Made by a program: the position numbers and the translations under genes. A stretch of 64,000 nt of DNA from the human T2T-CHM13v2.0 reference genome, Homo sapiens: the NCBI RefSeq assembly GCF_009914755.1, contig NC_060929.1. One strand, 5' to 3'. Below are positions 50,896 through 64,000 of the stretch, piece after piece (positions within the stretch are counted from its first letter, which is position 1; each line of letters begins with the position of its first letter). The notes under the pieces were generated by a model. That model made no database searches. It saw nothing but the letters and a program-made list of their open reading frames with translations, and was not told where the DNA came from.

Positions 50896-51025
50896 TTATT
50901 TTTCCCTGGGATGCTGGTGGCTGCGGGCCTGACGTGTCCCTGAGGCTTTCTTATGCTTCTGGTCCAGCACCTGGGCCATGTAGCTCTCCTGCTGCTTCTG
51001 GATCCGGAAGTCAGACATGTGATTC
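50896..51025 (-). CDS. SPATA24: SPATA24 exon 6
   Basis: ttgcag|G; NHMSDFRIQKQQESYMAQVLDQKHKKASGTRQARSHQHPREK*. Confidence 0.92.
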
Positions 51026-51136
51026 CTGCAACGGAGCCGGCTGGTGGTGGGCTGTGGACAGCCAAGGGTAGGTAGGGGCCAGAGGTCTGGCTCCCCAGTG
51101 TCATCAACAACCCCCAGCCGGGCCCAGACCCCTCAC

Positions 51137-51239
51137 CTGAAGATCTGTTTCTGCTGGCTGATAACTTGCTGCAACTCTTTAATCTCATTCTCTTTGCCAT
51201 TAAGTATATCTTCTTGCTTTATAATGTGAGACTCAATCT
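51137..51239 (-). CDS. SPATA24: SPATA24 exon 5
   Basis: cacag|AG...TTCAG|gtgagg; IESHIIKQEDILNGKENEIKELQQVISQQKQIF. Confidence 0.94.
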
Positions 51240-51475
51240 CTGTGGGGGAGAGAGGCAGGGAGGAGGGGTGGTTCCCATCCCAGGGCTCCTTCCTGAGATA
51301 AGGCATTCCCTCACGGGGCTTTTCAGAGCTTGGCTCCCCACCCAAGAGTTCTCCATGAAGAACTGCTAATACCTTAGTATGAATGAGTTTATTATGCAGT
51401 CTTGGGGGAGTGCAGTGTTTGAGGATTGTTGTCAATGACTTCACAAGTCTATTCTGGACCAGAGGACCCACATGA

Positions 51476-52102
<627 letters not shown>

Positions 52103-54025
52103 TAGTAGGTATACAAAAAGTATATTTGCAGACCGAATGAACGGGATGTCCCTGGGGGTTTAGGACTCAGAAAAAAGACCTAGTTCAGTCATCCCAGTCC
52201 AAACAAACTTCCCGAGGGTTGGCTGGATGCCCAGCCTTGTGCTAGGGCTTCAGGGGTGGTGGGAGAAGATGGGAGTTGCCTCGATTTTCAGACCTGTTTC
52301 CTCATTTCAAAGATGGGGAAAGAGACAGCCCTATCCCACAGTGGTCTGGGGAGGACCCAGTGAGATAGTGGTGGCAAAGCCTACCCCCAAATTAATCGTA
52401 CATTTGAGGCAAAGATGACTTTCTGAGGCAGGAGGATGGCTTGAGCCCAGGAGTAAGAGACCAGTCTGGGCAACATAGTGAGACCTCGCCTCTACAAAAC
52501 TAAAAAAAAAAAAAAACAAAAAACTAGCTGGGCATGGTGTTGGAACATGCCTATAGTCCTGGCTACTTGCTGAGGCAAGAGGATCACTTGAGCTCAGGAG
52601 TTGGGGGCTGCAATGAGCTATGACTGTGCCCCTGCACTCCAGCCTGGGTGACAGAGCAAGACCCTGTCTCTAAATAATAAATAAATAAATAAATGATAAT
52701 TTTTCTGTGTTGGATCAAAATCCAAGGAGGCTGTAGGGATCTGGGGGTGCTTCATTTACATAACTGCCCCACATGGCACCTTGGAAAATTCTGATTCCTA
52801 CAGAAAGAAAATCCTACTGTCTTCAAAGGTTGGACAAGGGGCCAGGCACAGTGGCTCATGCCTGTAATCCCAGCACTTTGGGAGGCCAAGGTGGGTGGAT
52901 CACAAAGTCAGGAGATGGAGACCATCCTGGCCAACACGGTGAAACCTTGTCTCTACTAAAAATACAAAAAATTAGCCAGGTGTGGTGGCGGGCACCTATA
53001 GTCCCAGCTACCTGGGAGGCTGAGGCAGGAAGATGACGTGAACCTGAGAGGCGGAGCTTGCAGTGAGCCGAGATCTCGACACCGCACTCCAGCCTGGGCG
53101 GCAGAGCAAGACTCCATCTCAAAAAAAAAAAAAAAAAGGTTGGACAAGAATTAACTAGAACACAAACTCTGAAAATACAGAAATGTCTAAGCATTTAAGA
53201 TTTCAAAAGAGAAGACCTGGTAAAAAGTGAAGGCACAGCATGGAAAAGAGGAGACAGGTGAAGGGAGAGAATGAAGACATGAGTTCACCGGGTCATGGGA
53301 CGAGGACTGTTGAACCTCCTTCCCAGGCGTCCAGCTAAGTGGAATTAATTACTTGTGAAGTTCGTTTGGGAAAAAGAATTAGAAATTTGTGTGACTCTTT
53401 GAAAATAAAAGCCTGTGGCACCCGATGGTGAGAGAATGGTTAGAAAATCCCTTTGAGAGTAAAGAACTATGTAAGTGTAAAAACCAAACTGAAACCACAC
53501 AAGGGGAGTTTGTAGGGGTGGGAGGCACTGGCCAGGGTGAGGTTCACATCACCAGACTGGCTCAGGAGGGCTTGTGTCCCACAGGAGGGGTTTAGAATAT
53601 TCTGGGGGAGGCAGCCAGGACCTGTCCCCATGACACACACACCTTCCAACAAGCAGATCCAAAGCCCCGTGAGCTTGACTGATCTCTGTTGGAAGGAAAT
53701 GACCTAGGGGAAGGAGGTCTTTGGCCCTACCAGGAAAGAACCCCAGGTTCTTTTTTGGGAAGTAAGGGGATGCCCAGGGAGAGGGCAAGACTGAGGGGAC
53801 CAATGGTCTCGAGCATGGGGGCAGTGACTGCCTGTTGCGCCCTGCCATGGCAGGAGCCAGTGACCAAACTACTATGAGACCTGTCAGCCTGCCTGGCCAG
53901 ATCAAGATGTCAGCCTGCTGCCATCTTCCCAGTGAGAGCACTCACTAGGGGAGAGAGAAGGCTGAACAGGTGAAAGGCAGGGTACTCAAGGCTCCACATG
54001 GGAGCCCCATCAGTAAGGACCTTGA

Positions 54026-54483
<458 letters not shown>

Positions 54484-55557
54484 TAGCTGACTCAGAAGGT
54501 GCCCCACAACTTATGGCACCAACTGAGCCAAAAAAGTGGCCCCCAGGCATCTGCACAGAGCAGAGTTGAAAACTGGCAGCCCACAGATATTTTACTTGGC
54601 CTACACGATAGTTTTAAAATTTCAAAATCAACTGCCAACACTAAAAAGTCAGAAAAGCTTCCATTAAAACTTGGTTTTGGCTGGGTGCGGTGGCTCACGC
54701 CTATAATCCCAGCACTTTGGGAGGCTGAGGTGGGGGATCACCTGAGGTCAGGAGTTCGAGACCAGCCTGACCAACATGGTGAAACCTCATCTCTACTAAA
54801 AATACAAAAATTAGCCGGGCATGGTGGTGCACACCTGTAATCCTAGCTACTCGGGAGGCTGCGGCAGAAGAATCACTTGAACCCAGGAGATGGAGGTTGC
54901 AGTGAGCCGTGTGCCACCGCACTCCAACCTAGGCAACAGAGCAAGACTCCATCTCAAAAAAAATAAAACAACTTGGTTTCACTGGGCATGGTGGCTCACA
55001 CCTGTAGTCCCAGCTACTTGAGAGGCTGAGGTGGGTGAATCACTTGAGCCCAGGCATTTGAGACCAGCCTGGGCAGCATAGTGACACCCAGTCTTAGAAA
55101 AATAAAAATAACTCTTAGTTTCCATTTTAAAGATCTGGCAATCCTAGCCCCCTGTCACCACATGCATCCTTCCCTATTGAGTCCTGACCCTGAGACTAAG
55201 GATCAGGTCCCAAATAGGACAGTGCTTGCCCTGTGTTCCTCTTGTATCAGTTAGGAGTAACCCATCAAAAGTGGGAAAACAAAAGGTGGACTAAGAAGGT
55301 TGTATGTTTCAGGAAAAATGGGAGCAAGCCCATTCCTTTATGGTGGTGAAGAATATAGTACACCGACTGCTTCCCTCATTTCCGTGGCCTGCCTGGTCCC
55401 TTAAGGCCTTTTCGAAGGTGTGGCCCACCCGGGCCTGCCTGTATCCTCAGCTGGGGACAGGTGTTAGAGTGAAACCCTGCCTTTGACACAGGCACTGGGT
55501 GGTTAGGAAAGAGCCCGTTTATATAACCGTGGTGGAGAGCACGGGCCTCCCGCCTAC

Positions 55558-55628
55558 CATTGCACTTGGTGATGAGCTGGTCCTTCTTGCTGGACTCCTG
55601 AAGGACTTTGCTCTTGACACTGGAGAGC
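55558..55628 (-). CDS. SPATA24: SPATA24 exon 4
   Basis: cccag|G...AATG|gtaggc; LSSVKSKVLQESSKKDQLITKCN. Confidence 0.93.
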
Positions 55629-55717
55629 CTGGGTGGGGAAGATAAGATGGGAGGGTGGGCAGGCTAGCAAGCAGATGCATCCCCCAAACCCCACACCCCG
55701 TACTGAGGCCCACTCAC

Positions 55718-55848
55718 GCTTTTTCAAAGGCCAGCTTCTCTTTCTCCAGCTGCTTGGATAGCACCTCTACCTCTCCGAGGGCAAACTGTAACTTCTCCTC
55801 TTCCTTGGCCAGGAGGACCTTGGTTTTGGCATGGGCAGCTTTCTCTTC
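55718..55848 (-). CDS. SPATA24: SPATA24 exon 3 (coiled coil)
   Basis: ctgcag|GAA...AAGC|gtgagt; EEKAAHAKTKVLLAKEEEKLQFALGEVEVLSKQLEKEKLAFEK. Confidence 0.94.
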
Positions 55849-56430
55849 CTGCAGGGGCAGCAGCAGTCACCTCATTACCCTAGGCCGCCTTGGGTCTCCT
55901 AGACTCCCTTAACCAGCCCCCCTTCTCAGAGGGACACACAGAAGCCAGAGCACAGGGAGATTCTGGCCACCTTGCTACAGGGGCTGGAGGTTCTCAGAGG
56001 CCGACCTTTCTTTTTTCTTTTTTCTTTTTTTTTTTAGACAGAGTCTCACTCTGTTGCACAGGCTGGAGTGCAGTGGCATGATCTCAGCTCAGTGCAACCT
56101 CCACCTCCTGGGTTCAAGCCAATTCTCCTGTCTCAGCCTCCCAAGTAGCTGGGATTACAGGCGCCTGCCACCACGCATGCTTGGCTAATATATATATATG
56201 TATATATATATTTTTTTGTATTTTTAGTAGAGACAGGGTTTCACCATGTTGGCCAGGCTGGTCTCGAACTCCTGACCTCAAGTGATTTGCCCGCCTTGGC
56301 CTCCCAAAGAGCTGGGACTACAGTTGTGAGCCACTGCACCCATCAGAGGCTAATACTTAATGAGCCTGCCTAACCACAGGGATCCTGGGAAACGGGGGAA
56401 GATTAGGAGACCGCAGAGGCCATTACTTAC

Positions 56431-56496
56431 CACCAGCTTCTTCTCCACTGCCTGGAACTCTTCTTTACTGACAAAATTTTCGTCCTGGAGAACCAT
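56431..56496 (-). CDS. SPATA24: SPATA24 exon 2
   Basis: ttgcag|ATG...GTG|gtaagt; MVLQDENFVSKEEFQAVEKKLV. Confidence 0.94.
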
Positions 56497-57599
56497 CTGC
56501 AACAGAGCCTGGCTGAGGGAGGGCCTGGGGCTGGAGTAGAAGGGGCGCCCTCTAGGGACCAGGACCAAAAGCGGATAACAGGATGATGCTCGTGGTACCT
56601 AGGATGAGACTGAGGCCTTGGGAAGGGAGAATTCAGTTCCACAGATAAACTGAGACTCAGCTCTAAGTGCTGCCCTCAAGGAGCAGCCAGTCTCATGGAG
56701 GAGGCAGTCCACAGTTAGCACTTCTAACATGTTGTGTGCCTTGATGGGGAGACATAAGGGGATCTGGGGCTCAGAGGAGGCCCCAACCCAGCCTGGGGAA
56801 GGGTCAGAATCACTTCCGGAGAAGGGGATGTTAGACCTGAGATCTGACTGCTATATAGGGTGGGCCAGAAGAGGGATAGAGAGAAAAGCACTCTGGATGG
56901 TGGGGACACACATGCCAAGGTCAGCTGCCAAGAGGAAGACCTGGGTACCTTCAGGGAATCAAAGGCAATTCAGTGCCTAGAGCTCCATATATTTTGTTGA
57001 ATGAGAGCATTAGGGTAGCAAATAGGACAGGTCTCTCTCCCCTTTCCCCCACATTCAACTTCCCAGAAGGGAAGAAATTGTCTAAGAACAACTTAGAATG
57101 AGAAGTAGATGTGAAGCCAGTTTTATTTCTGAGATGGAGATACATCCTAACCTTCTTATCAAGACAGGAAAACAAAACCAGAAAAACCATGAACTCCAGA
57201 TGGCCAGGATTCTATCATGCCTACCCAGGTAATCTGTGACTGCAATGCTTTGCACCCATTAGCTGGGGTTTGATTGAGAAGGCAAAAGCTAAGGCATGTA
57301 AAGTTCTTGGAGGCCCCTAAGTTAGCGCTGGCAAGGGCCAAATCTGCGCTTACTGCATTCAACACGGCACTGCCTTTGACTCTCGGGAATGGTGTCCATA
57401 ATAGAAGGGATGACAGTTTCTCTGCCTGCACAGGAGGGCCATGGGAACTCAGTGACGTCATCTCCACTGAAAATGGGAAAACTGAGGCTCAGGGACTCTC
57501 TACCAGCTCTTGCAGCAACCAGGCAAACGGAAGGGAGAATATGGCTTGATTTTAGTTAAAATTCCCTGGTTCAGGAAGGTCCGCCCCTTTTTGGCTCCA

Positions 57600-58150
57600 C
57601 CCCTACCGACTGAGCCCGGCCTCCTCCTGATGACGCCATGGGCCATGCGTTCTAGCCACGGCCCCCGCATCGGAACAGGTTCTGGCCCCGCCCCCACCAG
57701 TGAGGCATCCGGCCCCGCCTCTCCCCAAACTCCTCTGGCTGCATACCACGTTCCTCAGCTGGTGGATTAGTTCCTCCTGAGACTCAATCACGTCCCGCAG
57801 TTGATCTAAAGCGAGACACACAGATCCTGACCCCGCCTTCGACCACCCGAGGGGCGTCGCCATCTTCCGCCCCCGCCAGCTAGTTGGAAATGGCTGCCTC
57901 GGGGGTGATCCTCGCCGTCGCCCACCAATGAGAATGCGACGCCACAGAGCACCCTGGCAACGGGGGGCGGGGACTTCCTATGTTAGCGGGGCGAGGGGCC
58001 GCCTCTTAAAGGAGCCGCCTGGAGCGGGGAAACTGCTGACAACCCTTAAGGCATTTAAGTTTACAGGAAATTGCGCTTTTATTGCGTCTTCTGTTTCTCA
58101 CGCAGTCCTGAGAAGCCGGCAGGGCCCGGCTTGTACTTTCCTTGCCTGCG
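57600..58150 (-). promoter_or_regulatory. SPATA24: SPATA24 CpG-island promoter (GC boxes, CCAAT, RFX-like, YY1-like)
   Basis: CCAAT 57925-57929; GTTGCCAGGG X-box-like on - (57961-57952); GGGGCGGGG near 57964; CGCCATCTT over the start codon. Confidence 0.65.
57747..57863 (-). CDS. SPATA24: SPATA24 exon 1; spermatogenesis-associated coiled-coil protein, 205 aa total
   Basis: AAGATGGCG; MATPLGWSKAGSGSVCLALDQLRDVIESQEELIHQLRNV; donor GTG|gtatgc; exons sum to 205 codons. Confidence 0.94.
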
Positions 58151-58699
58151 AGCAGGCAACACTCAAAACAGCAGCCCTCAGCCTTCACCCAGGGCCTGTT
58201 AAACTGCATGACCACGAAGCAAGAGCCAGCATAGGCAACTCCTGCATCTTTAGCTTCTCATGCCTCTTTCTCCAAATCTTTATCCTAATCTCCAAATTTC
58301 CTCCATTGTATGAGATTCCAGCCTCCTGGAACACACTTAGTACTTAGGGGTCCTAAGCCTAAGCACGGAAGATAGACGAAGATAAAAAATGAGAATGGCT
58401 ACACCTGAGATCAAAGTCTTCATACTCTGATACCAGGCTCTGGGCACTAGAGTCTGCACTAGAGTCATGTGCCACCACCCGAGGAGGAGGACCCTGAAGA
58501 GATTAGGAGGACTGAAGAGGGCTTGAAGGAGGAGAGTTTAGTAAAATGAAGTCAGGGAAGGATACGGTGATTACGCACACTCACCAAGTCTCTATTGAAG
58601 GCTTTTTTTTTTTTTCTTGGAAACCCAAATAAGATTAGGTTTGGAGAACATCAGAGCGAATATATATTGTGTTCACTATTTCGTGGCACCGTTATGTTT

Positions 58700-63620
<4,921 letters not shown>

Positions 63621-64000
63621 TCAAATGAAAGCTATCATGACCAGTTAGGATCATGTAAATATCATTTACTATATTTTTAAACCAAAACTTTCCTAAATAT
63701 GGGCCACTAGGACCAAAGCCAGCAAGGAACTGGGATAACACCTGAATTTCTGATGCTAAGTGTAGTTTTGATCTGTATATTGGCTGTGAGGTACTGCAAC
63801 TGCTGTTATCTGATAGAAAATGTGGAACTGATGCCAACAATGCTATCTACTATTCTAAATGCAAATAATCCCACTGACGGGTGAGGGAAGACTGGAGCAG
63901 GCGTCAAAAGCTTCTTTAGTCGGAAGTGGCTCCAAGGGAGTCAGGCGATGTGCAGTGGCCAAGGATGCCATGGGCAAAGGTAAAAGAACCAAGGAAAAGT

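Noticed and set aside
50301-51200. 299-aa minus-strand ORF
   Set aside because: It crosses SPATA24 exons 5-6 out of frame and reads through the intron; there is no recognisable domain.
63640-64000. Unique-looking sequence that might be the distal 3'UTR of the next minus-strand gene (DNAJC18 by recalled synteny)
   Set aside because: No coding exon or decisive signal is visible inside the window.

Overview
This is mammalian, almost certainly human, genomic DNA. It is Alu-saturated, and the conceptual translations match proteins I recognise from the 5q31.2 locus. I reconstructed five protein-coding genes exon by exon from GT-AG boundaries and reading-frame continuity. On + is PAIP2 (coding exons 2-4, 127 aa; exon 1 lies upstream of the window). 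On - are SLC23A1/SVCT1 (14 coding exons plus a non-coding terminal exon, 598 aa), MZB1 (4 exons, 189 aa), PROB1 (intronless, 1015 aa) and SPATA24 (6 exons, 205 aa). The rest is Alu, L1, L2/MIR, DNA-transposon relics and LTRs, including two solo LTRs with intact target-site duplications (TSDs). Most entries in the ORF track are Alu or GC-content artefacts. This is a known gene cluster, and I see no new multi-gene system. The most interesting sequence-level observations are: (1) a PAIP2 exon2-3 circle whose ORF would run exactly once round and stop on an AUGA overlapping its own start, giving a 115-aa PAIP2 without PAM2; (2) SLC23A1 and PAIP2 have interleaved 3' ends; (3) a short young L1 carries an apparent 3' transduction; (4) the SPATA24 stop codon is embedded in AATAAA; (5) there is a divergent CTCF-like motif pair between SPATA24 and PROB1; (6) SLC23A1 contains an antisense promoter-like CpG island. 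Repeat subfamily names come from recalled consensus sequences and repeat boundaries are approximate.
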